The notes beneath the pieces are model-generated. The model saw only the letters and a program-made list of their open reading frames with translations, was not told the origin of the DNA and searched no databases. A stretch of 64,000 bases of DNA, taken from the NCBI GenBank assembly GCA_046045995.1, contig JBJOKR010000003.1, positions 925 to 64,924 on the forward strand, written 5' to 3'. The position numbers were made by a program, and so were the translations under genes. This document shows, one piece after another, positions 35,225 to 44,995 of this stretch (position 1 is the stretch's first letter; each line of letters starts with the position of its first letter). This stretch comes from Pseudomonadota bacterium. Lineage in GTDB: Bacteria; Pseudomonadota; Alphaproteobacteria; Azospirillales; Azospirillaceae.

Positions 35225-37216
35225 TCAGCCAGGGGCCAGTTCCTGTTCCGGCACCGGGCGGCGGAACAGGTAGCCCTGGGCCAGGTCGCAGCCCAGGCCG
35301 GACAGCAGGTCCCGCTGGGCCGGTGTCTCCACCCCTTCGGCCACCACGTTCAGGCGCATGCCGCGGGCCAGGGCCAGCACCGCTTCCACCATCGGGCGGG
35401 TCGTCCCTTCATCCAGGCCGATGACGAAGGACCGGTCCAGCTTCAGCGTGGCGAAGGGCAGGCGGTGCAGCTGGGCCAGGCTGGAATAGCCGGTGCCGAA
35501 ATCATCCATGGACAGGGTGGCACCCAGATCCGCCAGTTCCTTCAAGGTGGCGATGGCCCGCGCCTCATCCCCGATCATCAGGCTTTCGGTCACTTCCAGC
35601 TTGATCCGGCCGGGCCCGGCGATGGCGACGGCCCGTTCCACCGCCCGGCGCAGCAGATCCGGCCGGGCCAGCTGCCGGGCGGAGACATTGACGGACATGA
35701 AGGCGGGCGGGGCGCCGGCGGGGGCATGGGCGTCCAGGCGGACCAGGGCGGATGCCGCCTCCTCCAGCGCCCAGGCCCCGATTTCCACGATCTGGCCCGT
35801 TTCCTCCGTGATGGGGATGAACTGGCCGGGCGGGATCAGGCCGCGGGCCGGGTGCTGCCAGCGGATCAGCGCCTCATACCCCGCCACCTGCCCACCCGGC
35901 AGGGCGACGATCGGCTGATAGAACAGGCGGAACTGCCCCCCTGCCAGGGCCACGCGCAGGTCCGCCTCCAGCGCCACCCGCTGTTCTATCCGCGCCCGGA
36001 CGGATGGATCGAAGGCGACCAGTTGGGCCCGACCCTGGGCCTTCGCCTGGTGCAGGGCCGTATCCGCATCGCGCAGCAGATCACCCGGCCCCGCCCCCGC
36101 CGTCACGGCGACCGTGCCCATGCTGATGGTGACGGCGAAGCTGCGCCCGTCATGGCTGTAGCCGCCGCACAGCCGGTCCCGCAGGTCGGCGGGTGACAGG
36201 GGTGACCCGGGCGGCAGGATCACCGCGAATTCATCGGCCCCCAGGCGCACCGGCGGGGTGCCGCCGGCCAGCACCGTTTCCAGACGGGCCGCCAGTTCGC
36301 CCAGCAGACGGTCGCCCGCTTCCGGCCCCAGGCTGTCGTTGAAGGTGCCGAACCCGTCCACATCCAGCACGGCCAGCGTGCTGCCGACGGGGCAGAGGTG
36401 CCGGCTGCCCAGCTGGTCCAGCAGGGCAAGGCGGCTGCCCAGGCCGGTCAGGGTATCGGTATAGGCGGCGCGGTGCAGCGCCTCCTGCGCGGCCCGCCGT
36501 TCCGCCACCTCCGCCGTCAGGCGGATGTTCAGGTCGACGGTTTCCGCTGCCAGGCGGGCCGCTTCCCGGCTGGCGCCGATCTGGCCCAGCAGCAGCGACC
36601 GGCCCCGCGCCACCGCCAGGGACAGGATCGCCGTCACCGCCGCGATGGTCACGAGCTTGTCCACCTCCGCCCCGATCAGGACGGTGGCGGAGGTCATGTA
36701 GGTGATGTAGTCGCGGGTCAGCGGGGTGCCGCCATCGGCCACCACGGCATAGGCGGCCAGCCCCGACCAGCCGATGATCGCCGCGACACCCGCCGCCACC
36801 ACATACCCTACCTCCAGCCGCAGGGTCCGGAGTGCGATGAAGATGAAGGCATACAGCAGCGTGGGCGCCTTCAGATAGAAGGCCGGGGGCTGCCCGTATT
36901 GCAGGTGGAAGCTCCAGATCAGGCCGAACAGCACGGCCATGTCGGCAATGACTGACAGGTGCAGGGCCACCGGCCCCAGCCGATCCCCCAACGCCAAGGC
37001 CAGACGCAGCAGGCTGATCACCAGATAGGCCGACAGGGCCACCGGCACCGGGGCCAGGGTGGACGCCTGCATCGTCGCGAAGGTCATGGGCGCTGTGAAA
37101 TACAGCGCCCCGAACAGGGCAATGATGCCCAGTTGCACGCAACTGACCAGGATCTCCGCCCGCCGCTGATGGGCCCGCAGCAGCCCGTCCATCGCCAGGT
37201 CCGTCGTCCCGTCCAT
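35225..37216 (-). CDS. Membrane-anchored GGDEF (degenerate GADEF) / EAL domain protein
   Basis: About 7 N-terminal hydrophobic helices. The cyclase-domain motif reads RLGADEF (36217-36231). The EAL motif GYEALIRW (35868-35876) and DDFGTGYSS are intact. Confidence 0.85.
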   Translation of the reverse strand: MDGTTDLAMDGLLRAHQRRAEILVSCVQLGIIALFGALYFTAPMTFATMQASTLAPVPVALSAYLVISLLRLALALGDRLGPVALHLSVIADMAVLFGLIWSFHLQYGQPPAFYLKAPTLLYAFIFIALRTLRLEVGYVVAAGVAAIIGWSGLAAYAVVADGGTPLTRDYITYMTSATVLIGAEVDKLVTIAAVTAILSLAVARGRSLLLGQIGASREAARLAAETVDLNIRLTAEVAERRAAQEALHRAAYTDTLTGLGSRLALLDQLGSRHLCPVGSTLAVLDVDGFGTFNDSLGPEAGDRLLGELAARLETVLAGGTPPVRLGADEFAVILPPGSPLSPADLRDRLCGGYSHDGRSFAVTISMGTVAVTAGAGPGDLLRDADTALHQAKAQGRAQLVAFDPSVRARIEQRVALEADLRVALAGGQFRLFYQPIVALPGGQVAGYEALIRWQHPARGLIPPGQFIPITEETGQIVEIGAWALEEAASALVRLDAHAPAGAPPAFMSVNVSARQLARPDLLRRAVERAVAIAGPGRIKLEVTESLMIGDEARAIATLKELADLGATLSMDDFGTGYSSLAQLHRLPFATLKLDRSFVIGLDEGTTRPMVEAVLALARGMRLNVVAEGVETPAQRDLLSGLGCDLAQGYLFRRPVPEQELAPG

Positions 37217-37345
37217 GCGGGCATCCGCTGCGGCGGGGGCGTCGGTCGGACCTGGGGCAGGCCGGGGGGTGTGGTCGCGGGGGCAGCAGCGCCGGGTGGG
37301 GTCATCGAAGGATGCTCAATGGGTCGGGCTTCACCGGGTCGGGCA

Positions 37346-38560
37346 TCACTGGGTCGGCGGGTACAGGCGGGTCAGGTGGCTTTCCCGGCGGGACATGGCC
37401 CAGACATCCCGCCAGGCCAGCGGCCGATGCCCCCGATCCCGGTTGGCGGCCCCGATGCGCCACAGCAGGCGGTACTGGCCCATGATGTCGGCCCAGGCCC
37501 GCCGCAGGGTCATGGACCGGTCCCAGACATGGGTCATCTCCGCCCCTGCCCCGTTCAGTTCCAGGATGGTGAATCCGGTCCCCGCCTGAAGATCGTCCAT
37601 GCTGGTGAAGCGGACGTCGAAGCGGCCGAAATGGAAGCCCGGGATCCCCCGCGCCACCGCATCGAAGGCCTGTTCCATGGCCGGGGTGACATGCCGCGTG
37701 CCGTCACGGAAAATTGCGCCCTTGCTGTGGCTGCCCGAAAAGGCAAGGCGCACGGGTTCGCCTGCCCGGGGCACAAGGTCCAGCCGGGCGGCATGGCGGG
37801 GTAGATACAGGTGCGGCAGCCGCCCCGCCCGTGGATCGGCCAGGATCAGGTCCCGCAGGGTGGACCGGCCGTCGCCGATCACATGGGGGAAGTATTTCAG
37901 GGTCAGGGACAGGATGCGCCCCCGCTCCGCCCCCGGTTCGCGCACGTAGAAGACCCCGGCCTCCGCCTCCAGCCCGACATAGCGCTGCAGGATCAGCCGC
38001 GCCCCGACAGGGAACCCGTCCAGATAGGCCCGCAGATCCCCCGGCCCGCGGATCAGCCGCACGCCTGCCCCGCGGCAGCCCAGATCGGGCTTGGCCACCA
38101 CCGGATAGAACAGCCCGGCGGCCCGCATCGCCGCTTCCGCCGTGGCCAGGTCCGCTTCCGTGTCCGCGGCCATACCTTCCGCCGCCTGCCCCCGGTCCAG
38201 AGTGGTGAAGGGGGCAAGGCGGTCGGGGGCTGCGCGGGCCAGAAGGGACAGGATGGTGGATTTCTCCTCCCCATGGAAACCGCCGCCGGGCAGGCCGGGA
38301 TTGGCCACGGTGGGCAGGGTGCTGCCCCGGTGGCGCAGCATCAGCCACAGCACATACAGCGCCACGGGCCCGTAGAAGGCGGGCATGGACCAGAATTCGA
38401 AGAAGCTGAGCGGCGGCCCGTCCTGATCCAGGGGCGGCATCCCGGCATGGGGTACCGGCCATACGGCGCTGTCCCCTGGTTGGTCTACCCCGCTGCCGGG
38501 GCTTGGCCGCCCCTCGGACTCGGCGACGTCAACGGGCCGCAGCAGGGCAAGGGTGCTCAT
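37346..38560 (-). CDS. ATP-grasp fold protein with an N-terminal transmembrane segment
   Basis: ATG 38560 overlaps the upstream TGA (ATGA). TM segment AFYGPVALYVLWLML. ATP-grasp-like blocks VVAKPDLGCRGAGVRLI, LILQRYV..EAGVFYV and ILELNGAGAEMTH. Confidence 0.6.
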   Translation of the reverse strand: MSTLALLRPVDVAESEGRPSPGSGVDQPGDSAVWPVPHAGMPPLDQDGPPLSFFEFWSMPAFYGPVALYVLWLMLRHRGSTLPTVANPGLPGGGFHGEEKSTILSLLARAAPDRLAPFTTLDRGQAAEGMAADTEADLATAEAAMRAAGLFYPVVAKPDLGCRGAGVRLIRGPGDLRAYLDGFPVGARLILQRYVGLEAEAGVFYVREPGAERGRILSLTLKYFPHVIGDGRSTLRDLILADPRAGRLPHLYLPRHAARLDLVPRAGEPVRLAFSGSHSKGAIFRDGTRHVTPAMEQAFDAVARGIPGFHFGRFDVRFTSMDDLQAGTGFTILELNGAGAEMTHVWDRSMTLRRAWADIMGQYRLLWRIGAANRDRGHRPLAWRDVWAMSRRESHLTRLYPPTQ

Positions 38561-39201
38561 CGGGCGATCTCCCGGGCCGTGGTGGGGGCCGTGGTGGGAA
38601 GCAGGGGCTTGCGCCGGCGCAGCAGCAGCGGGGCGATGGTGACGATACCGGCGGCCACGCCCAGGACCAGGGCGGGCGGCACGCCCAGCCAGTCGGCCAG
38701 CCCGTCGCCAGCCAGGACGGCCAGCCACAGCAGGCTTCCCGTCCAGATGGTCACCGCCAGCACCACCAGCAGGGTGAAGGGCAGGAACGGCACCCGCAGC
38801 AAGCCTGCCGCGGTATAGGTCACCAGCCGCAGCCCCGGCACGACACGGGCCAGCAGCACCGCCCCCACCAGCCGGTCGCGCAAGACCCGCCGCGCGGCGT
38901 CGATCCGGGGGGCCAGGTGCGGTGCCTCCAGCACCCGGTGGCGCAGCCAGCGCACCCGCAGCATCCCCGCCCCCAGGGCATACAGGCCCAGGTCACCCAG
39001 GGCGATGCCGAAGGCGACCGCGGCGAAGGCGGTGGGCCAGCCCAGGACACCGTGCAGGACCAGGGCCGCTGCGGCGGCGATGGCCACATCCTCCAGCACG
39101 AAGGTGGTGACGATCAGGGCGGCGATGATGACCCAGGGCTCCGCCATGCCGGACAAGGCGGCATCGTACAGGCCGGACAGGGCGCTCCAGGCTTCGGTCA
39201 T
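38557..39201 (-). CDS. DedA / VTT (SNARE-associated) family membrane protein
   Basis: FVLEDVAIAAAAAL... GIALGDLGLYALG ...ARVVPGLRLVTYTAAGLL matches the DedA core. Has 4-5 hydrophobic helices. Confidence 0.7.
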   Translation of the reverse strand: MTEAWSALSGLYDAALSGMAEPWVIIAALIVTTFVLEDVAIAAAAALVLHGVLGWPTAFAAVAFGIALGDLGLYALGAGMLRVRWLRHRVLEAPHLAPRIDAARRVLRDRLVGAVLLARVVPGLRLVTYTAAGLLRVPFLPFTLLVVLAVTIWTGSLLWLAVLAGDGLADWLGVPPALVLGVAAGIVTIAPLLLRRRKPLLPTTAPTTAREIAR

Positions 39202-39228
39202 CGGTGGCCCCTCCCCCTCCCCATCCGT

Positions 39229-40527
39229 TCAGGTGCCGCCCAGGGCGTGGACCGCCGGGACGGCCGGGGTAGCGGATCGGTAGCCGAAGACCCGCCGCCC
39301 CTCCTCCCCCGCTGCGCGGTAGACGGCATGGCGGTGCAGTTGCTGGAACCAGTCCTGCTGGGCGGTGCTGCCCCCCAGCAGGGGAAGGCGGGGCAGGATG
39401 GACCCGATGGCCGTGGCGGCTGTCCAGCGCTGGGCGGCATGGGCGGCCAGCGCCCGGGCGGCGGGCAGGGCCACCTGGCGCCACAGGCGGGGCAGGTCGA
39501 TTCCGGCCATGTCCTCCATCATCGCCGCCACCGCCTCCACCCGGCCGGCGCGGGCCAGGGCGTACAGGGTGTGCAGGTCGTGGAAGGCGTTCAGCCGGTC
39601 ATGGATGCGCGGGGCGACATGGTCGGCCACATCCTGCCAGCGGTCGCCCACATCCACCCCCCGCAGCTCCAGCCGGGCCAGCAGGGAAACGGCGTTGACC
39701 TGATCCTGGACATAGGTCTTGCGAACACCCCAGACACGGGTATCGAACAGGGCGATGGCCCCCGCCGCATCACCCAGGGAAAGGCGGAACAGGGCCGTAT
39801 GCCACCAGTTATGGGTGTACATGAAGCTGGAACAGCGGTCCCAGCGGGGGGACATGGATTCCAGGAAGGCCAGGCCATCCGCCGCCTGCCCCCGTGCCTC
39901 CCGCACATGGGCCACGGCATGCTGGGCCCAGGGGTCATCGGCATTCATGGAAACGGCCTTCATCCCCGCCGCCTCCGCCCCCGCCAGATCGCCGGCCTGT
40001 TCCAGGGCGAAGGCATGCAGGCCCCAGGCGAAGCCGCTGCCTGGGTTCCACCCCACGGCCGCGGTTGTCAGGTCTCGCATGCCGCTGCGGTCACCCCGGT
40101 TCAACTGGTGGATCTGGGCGATCTTCAGGTTCAGCAGGTCCCGCGGCCAGTCCCGCGCGATCTCCAGATGCAGGGTCAGGGCCCGCCCGTCATCCCGGCT
40201 GTGCCAAGCATCCAGGGCGGCGATCAGCATCCGCTCCCGGTCGGTGGCCCCGACCGCCGTCTCCCGCGCCGCCGCCAGCCAGGGAGCGGCACGATCCAGC
40301 CCCTCCCCCGTCTGCAGGAACAGATAGAGCGCGCCGGTCAGGGCCTGGGCCAGGGCGCAAGTCCGGTCCGCCTCCGCCGCCGCCACGATCACGGCCGCCC
40401 GCTGTCCGTGGCTCAGCAGTTCGGTGGTGAAGGTTTCAACCGCCTCGACCGTGCTCCGGCTGTTTGTGGTGATCGCATATCCGGCGGCATCGGTCAGCAT
40501 CGCGTTGGGGTCCGTTCGACAGGCCAT
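39229..40527 (-). CDS. TPR protein, TTC38-like family
   Basis: Helical repeats, with WAQHAVAHVREARGQ, FMYTHNWWHTALF and FHDLHTLYALARAG resembling bacterial TTC38 homologues as I recall them. Alternative start at 40500. Confidence 0.55.
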   Translation of the reverse strand: MACRTDPNAMLTDAAGYAITTNSRSTVEAVETFTTELLSHGQRAAVIVAAAEADRTCALAQALTGALYLFLQTGEGLDRAAPWLAAARETAVGATDRERMLIAALDAWHSRDDGRALTLHLEIARDWPRDLLNLKIAQIHQLNRGDRSGMRDLTTAAVGWNPGSGFAWGLHAFALEQAGDLAGAEAAGMKAVSMNADDPWAQHAVAHVREARGQAADGLAFLESMSPRWDRCSSFMYTHNWWHTALFRLSLGDAAGAIALFDTRVWGVRKTYVQDQVNAVSLLARLELRGVDVGDRWQDVADHVAPRIHDRLNAFHDLHTLYALARAGRVEAVAAMMEDMAGIDLPRLWRQVALPAARALAAHAAQRWTAATAIGSILPRLPLLGGSTAQQDWFQQLHRHAVYRAAGEEGRRVFGYRSATPAVPAVHALGGT

Positions 40528-40798
40528 GGTTTTGCTCCCTGCCAGACTGGCCCGGCCCGCATGGGGGCCACCAATCCCGATACGCCATGGTTTCGATGCC
40601 CGGGCGCTATCATCCCAACCCTCATCCCAACCCTCGTCCGGACGATCACCCTGGCCTTCATTTCACCTGACGGGGTAGGCCCCCAGGCACCATTGGACGT
40701 CGGATGCTTCCACCCGCCGCGGGGCAATTGCTTGCGGCACTGCGGCAAGCTCGATAAAGTCCATGCCGTCAAGGAGATGACAGACCGGGGCGACATGG

Positions 40799-41710
40799 AT
40801 GGAGATGCATCAGGTCCGTTACTTCCTGGCTGTCGCCCGGACGCTTAATTTTACGCGGGCGGCGGAGGAATGTCACGTTTCCCAGCCCTCCCTTACCAAG
40901 GCCATCCAGAAGCTGGAGGAGGAGTTGGGCGGGCTGCTGTTCCGGCGTGAACGGGGCCTTACCCATCTGACTGAGTTGGGGCGTTTGATGCTGCCCCACC
41001 TGGAACAGACCTATACGGCGGCGCTGGCGGCGAAATCCCTGGCCGATGGGCTGCGCCGGGCCGAGCTGGCGCCCCTGCGCCTGGGCGTGACGGACAGCAT
41101 TTTCCTACCCGAACTGTCCAGCCTGCTGGGGGAGATGGGGCGCGCCCTGACCGGCCTGCGCCTGGACCTGACCCATGCGCCCCAGGGCGATCTGGTGGAA
41201 GCAGCCCTGCGTGGCGATCTGGACGTGCTGATCGTCAGCGCTGCATCCGCCCTGCCCGAACGGCTGACCCTGCGGCCCCTGCGGGGGGAGACGGCGCGGC
41301 TGCTGGTGCCAACTGGGCATCCCCTGGCGGCCGCCGGTTCCGTGCCGCGGGCCGCCCTTGGCGGGTTGGTCCTGCTGCGCCGACAGGGCTGCCCCGATAC
41401 CGAGGCGCTGCTTGAGGAATGTTCCGGTTACGGAATGATATTGGATGTGCGACATTGCGGGCGTAGCGAGGTGGATCTGCAGCAGATGGTGCTGTCCCGC
41501 CTGGGCTTGGCCCTGTCTTGGCAGGACACCCCGCGGTTGCCCGGTCTTTCGGCGGTGGATCTGATCGATGCGGGCGGGCGGCACATCACCTTGGCCACCG
41601 TGGCGGGCCGTCAGCATTCCCAGGCGGTTGACGCCTTCCTGCGCCTGGTCCGCAGCCGCTCCTGGGACCGCGAACCCCGCCCCTCCGCCCTGCTGGAAGG
41701 GGCGGCCTGA
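40799..41710 (+). CDS. LysR family transcriptional regulator
   Basis: MEMHQVRYFLAVARTLNFTRAAEECHVSQPSLTKAIQKLEEELGG is a canonical LysR HTH. Divergent from the TTC38/DedA/ATP-grasp operon. Confidence 0.9.
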   Translation: MEMHQVRYFLAVARTLNFTRAAEECHVSQPSLTKAIQKLEEELGGLLFRRERGLTHLTELGRLMLPHLEQTYTAALAAKSLADGLRRAELAPLRLGVTDSIFLPELSSLLGEMGRALTGLRLDLTHAPQGDLVEAALRGDLDVLIVSAASALPERLTLRPLRGETARLLVPTGHPLAAAGSVPRAALGGLVLLRRQGCPDTEALLEECSGYGMILDVRHCGRSEVDLQQMVLSRLGLALSWQDTPRLPGLSAVDLIDAGGRHITLATVAGRQHSQAVDAFLRLVRSRSWDREPRPSALLEGAA

Positions 41711-41743
41711 GCCGGGTGACCGGCGTTTCGGCTCTATTCTTTC

Positions 41744-41991
41744 TTCACCACAGGGGCACGGGGATCACGGGGTTGCACGGGGGCTGTCCGAGCAAGGAAG
41801 GCCCCCCAGCCCTCTCCCCACCGCGCCGCGGGCATTTCCCCATAGTCGCGCTTCGCGCGGATTTGACACCAAGGACGCCAAGGGCACCAAGGCCCCCGTG
41901 AAACCCCGTGTCCCCCGTGCCCCCGTGGTGAACGCCCCCATCCACCGCGGCGCCGGTTCCCCGATTGCCCCGACTTGGTGCCCTTGGTGTT
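41744..41991. repeat. Composite nested inverted repeat (REP/MITE-like structured element)
   Basis: Outer arms are TTCACCACAGGGGCACGGGGATCACGGGGTTGCACGGGGG (41744-41783) and CCCCCGTGAAACCCCGTGTCCCCCGTGCCCCCGTGGTGAA (41893-41932). A second pair is GACACCAAGGACGCCAAGGGCACCAAGG (41865-41892) and CTTGGTGCCCTTGGTGTT (41974-41991). Confidence 0.65.
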
Positions 41992-42027
41992 CAACCCTCC
42001 ACCAGTTCCAACCCAGCCTGCCGGACC

Positions 42028-42774
42028 TCAGGTCGCGGACAGGGCGGCTAGGGCGCTGGTGAAGACAGCCGGGTCCGGACGATTCCGGAAATCCGCATCC
42101 ACATGGCCGTAGCGGACGATGCCCGTTCGATCCAGGACGAAGGTAGCCGGGATGGGCAGCATCCAGCTGCGGTTGTCGTAGAAGGAAGGCAGGTTGATCC
42201 CCCCCACGCGATAGACATCGCGCACCGCCTCCGGCAGGGCGAAGACCAGACCACAGGCCAGGGCCAGCCCGCTGTCCACGTCGGACAGCACGGCACAGTC
42301 CAGGCCCATCCGTTGCTTCAGCTGGCGGTGGCGTCCCCCCGCCTCCGGTGTGACCACCACCAAGCGGGCGCCATGGGCGCGGATCTCCGCTTGCGCCGCC
42401 GCCAGGGCGGTCAGCGCCGTGCGGCAATACGGGCACCAAAGACCGCGGACAAAGGCGATCACGGCCGGGCCACCCGCCAGAAGTTCCGCATCGCCCAACA
42501 ACTGGCCGTCCGCCTCCGGCAGAAGGAAGGGCGGGAACCGCTCCCCCGCCTTCAGGGCGCCGCCATCCACGCCGGCCTTGCGCAGATGGTCGACCATACC
42601 GTCATACAGCCCGCGCATCCGGTCCGACTGGCCCGCCTTCTGTGCGCCTGTGATCAGCGGCACCTCGGCGGGCGTTCCACCGGCTGTTCCAGTGTTCACC
42701 CGGTCGATCTGCCCCTCGCCCGCCAGGGTGGGCAGCGGAATGGTGGCGGGCGCTGGGGCGTGGATCTCGGTCAT
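42028..42774 (-). CDS. AhpC/TSA-redoxin-like thioredoxin-fold protein
   Basis: From ATG 42774. The motif AFVRGLWCPYCRTAL (CxxC) is followed by a redoxin fold ...ATFVLDRTGIVRY. Confidence 0.7.
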   Translation of the reverse strand: MTEIHAPAPATIPLPTLAGEGQIDRVNTGTAGGTPAEVPLITGAQKAGQSDRMRGLYDGMVDHLRKAGVDGGALKAGERFPPFLLPEADGQLLGDAELLAGGPAVIAFVRGLWCPYCRTALTALAAAQAEIRAHGARLVVVTPEAGGRHRQLKQRMGLDCAVLSDVDSGLALACGLVFALPEAVRDVYRVGGINLPSFYDNRSWMLPIPATFVLDRTGIVRYGHVDADFRNRPDPAVFTSALAALSAT

Positions 42775-42829
42775 GGTCGCTCTGTAGCTCAGCCGTGCGG
42801 GCACTGCACAGAGGAAAGTAGGGCAGATG

Positions 42830-44410
42830 TCATCCATGGCGAATCTGCCCAATCAGGCGGGTGACCTCGCCCCGCATCATGCCCGTGCGCTTGCCCAGGC
42901 GATCGGCGGCGGACAGCACATCCCCCGCCGCCCGACCCGTATCGACAGAGGTGGCGATCACTTCCTCCATCCGGTCGAGCACTCTGCGGGTGGAGCCGGC
43001 AGCCTCCGCCACGTTGCGGGCGATCTCCGTCGTCGCGGCACCCTGCTGTTCCACCGCGGCGGCGATGTCGGCGGCGATGCCATCCACATGGGCGACCGTG
43101 CCGGCGATGCCACCGATGGCCGTTGCGGCATCATCCGCCACGCGGCGGATGGCGCCCACCTGGGTGGCGATCTCCTCCGTCGCCTTGGCGGTCTGTCCGG
43201 CCAGGGTCTTCACCTCGCTGGCCACGACGGCGAAGCCCTTGCCCGCCTCGCCAGCCCGCGCCGCCTCGATGGTGGCGTTCAGGGCAAGAAGGTTTGTCTG
43301 GGCCGCGATCTCCTGGATCAGGCCGACCACCTGGCCGATCCGTTCCGCCGCTTCCTGAAGACCGCGGACGGTGGTGTCGGTGCGTTCCGCATCCTCCTTC
43401 GCCTGGCGGGCGATGCGGGAGCTTTCGCTGACCCGGCGGGAGATTTCACCGATGCTGGCAGTCAACTCCTCCGCTGCGGCGGCAACGGTCTCCACATTGC
43501 TGGAGGCGGCGCGTGACGCCTCCCCCACCTCCGTTGCGCGGGCGGTCGTGTCCCGGGCGGCGCGGGACATGGTGTCGGCCGTACCCGTCAGCGCCTCCGC
43601 ATCGGTTGCCAGTTCTCCCAGAACTTGGCTGATTCCCTGCTCCACCTCCATTGCCAGCCGCTCCAGCCCGGCGCGGCGGTCGGCATCGCCGCGGCGGTCG
43701 GCTTCTTCCTGCTGCCGGCGCAGGGTTTCAACCTCCGCCTGCTGGCGGCGCGCGGCGTCCAGGGCGCGAGCCACCTCCCCGATTTCATCCACCCGCTCGG
43801 TCGGGAGATCCCCCTGCCCGTCCAAGCCACCGCGCAGGCGGCCCAGCGGGAACAGCACCAGCCGGAAGATGACGAACAAGGTGGCGGTGGAAATGGATAG
43901 GACGATGATGGCGATCAGAACCAGGATGCGCAGGATCGATGCCTGGATAAAGGCATCACCACCGATCGCATGCATGCGGATGATGGCCATCCCTTCCCCC
44001 GCCAGGTAATCGGCTGGAATGCGTACGTCATAGCGGGTCTGGGATTCCCGCAGATGCTCGTCCAGCCGCTCCATGACGGTGTCGGTCGGGCGCAGGCCTG
44101 GCCGTTCGCCGAAGGCTGCGATTTCCCGCCCCGTGCGGTCGGTCAGGACCATGCCCACCACCCGCTGACCATCGATCGCCTGGGTTCCCAGGGCCTCGAT
44201 CGTGGCGCGGTCGGCCCCCTCCGGAACGGCGCGCAGGAAGGTCCTGGTGATGGCCACACCCTCGTCCCGCAGGCGACCCAGGAAATCATCCCGTAGCCGG
44301 AGGGTGGAGGGGATCAGGATGATGATCTCCACCACCAGCACGGCGACGGCAACCCAGAGGGTGACCTTGCGGCCAAGACGACTGGTCAGGATGGTGGCGA
44401 TGTTGGACAT
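42830..44410 (-). CDS. Methyl-accepting chemotaxis protein
   Basis: From ATG 44410. Two TM segments, a HAMP region, and the highly conserved signalling hairpin [41 protein letters not shown]. Confidence 0.9.
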   Translation of the reverse strand: MSNIATILTSRLGRKVTLWVAVAVLVVEIIILIPSTLRLRDDFLGRLRDEGVAITRTFLRAVPEGADRATIEALGTQAIDGQRVVGMVLTDRTGREIAAFGERPGLRPTDTVMERLDEHLRESQTRYDVRIPADYLAGEGMAIIRMHAIGGDAFIQASILRILVLIAIIVLSISTATLFVIFRLVLFPLGRLRGGLDGQGDLPTERVDEIGEVARALDAARRQQAEVETLRRQQEEADRRGDADRRAGLERLAMEVEQGISQVLGELATDAEALTGTADTMSRAARDTTARATEVGEASRAASSNVETVAAAAEELTASIGEISRRVSESSRIARQAKEDAERTDTTVRGLQEAAERIGQVVGLIQEIAAQTNLLALNATIEAARAGEAGKGFAVVASEVKTLAGQTAKATEEIATQVGAIRRVADDAATAIGGIAGTVAHVDGIAADIAAAVEQQGAATTEIARNVAEAAGSTRRVLDRMEEVIATSVDTGRAAGDVLSAADRLGKRTGMMRGEVTRLIGQIRHG

Positions 44411-44486
44411 GGGGCGGGCTTCCAGGTTGACGGGCCCAAGGGGCGGGGCCGGAATCGGGGGGGTACCGGGGATGCCGCGGGGTCGA

Positions 44487-44981
44487 TCAGGCCGCGGGGG
44501 CGGTGCCTGCCGACCGGCGCAGCAGAGCCAGGAGAGGGGCGCGGTGTAGCGCCACCAGAACCGCCGCCGCGACCCAGACCCCGCAGGCCAGGGCGAAAAG
44601 CTGCCCGCCGTCCAGGCTGCCATCCGCATTCACAACCTGGATGCCAAGCGGCGTGAACAGATGGAAGAAGATGGCGCCGCTGATCACGCCCAGGGACAAT
44701 ATCGCCCCCAGGGCGGACAGGAGACGGCGGCGCAGGCCAAGGCCCAGCAGCAGGATGGTGGACGCGACAAGCTCTGCCGAGCCCACCACATACTGGCTGA
44801 AGGGGCCTGTTGGCGCGAACAGCCCATCCAGACCGAAGCCGCCGGCCCAGGCATCCAGGGTGCCGAAGATGTGCTGTGTCTCCGGGCTGTCCGTGAATTT
44901 GAAGAACAGGGACTGCACGAAGACGATGGCGATATAGGCGGACAGGAAGATGGTGATGCGGGTCCGGGTGCGGTCTTGCAT
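44487..44981 (-). CDS. DoxX-like membrane protein
   Basis: From ATG 44981. Four hydrophobic helices ([21 protein letters not shown]...). The assignment is by overall pattern only. Confidence 0.5.
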   Translation of the reverse strand: MQDRTRTRITIFLSAYIAIVFVQSLFFKFTDSPETQHIFGTLDAWAGGFGLDGLFAPTGPFSQYVVGSAELVASTILLLGLGLRRRLLSALGAILSLGVISGAIFFHLFTPLGIQVVNADGSLDGGQLFALACGVWVAAAVLVALHRAPLLALLRRSAGTAPAA

Positions 44982-44995
44982 GGTGGGGTCCTCCC

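Noticed and set aside
38503-40848. 781-aa plus-strand ORF opposite the DedA and TTC38-like genes
   Set aside because: It is an antisense shadow rich in Gly/Gln/Pro/His. The minus-strand genes show membrane-helix and TPR patterns and ATGA coupling.
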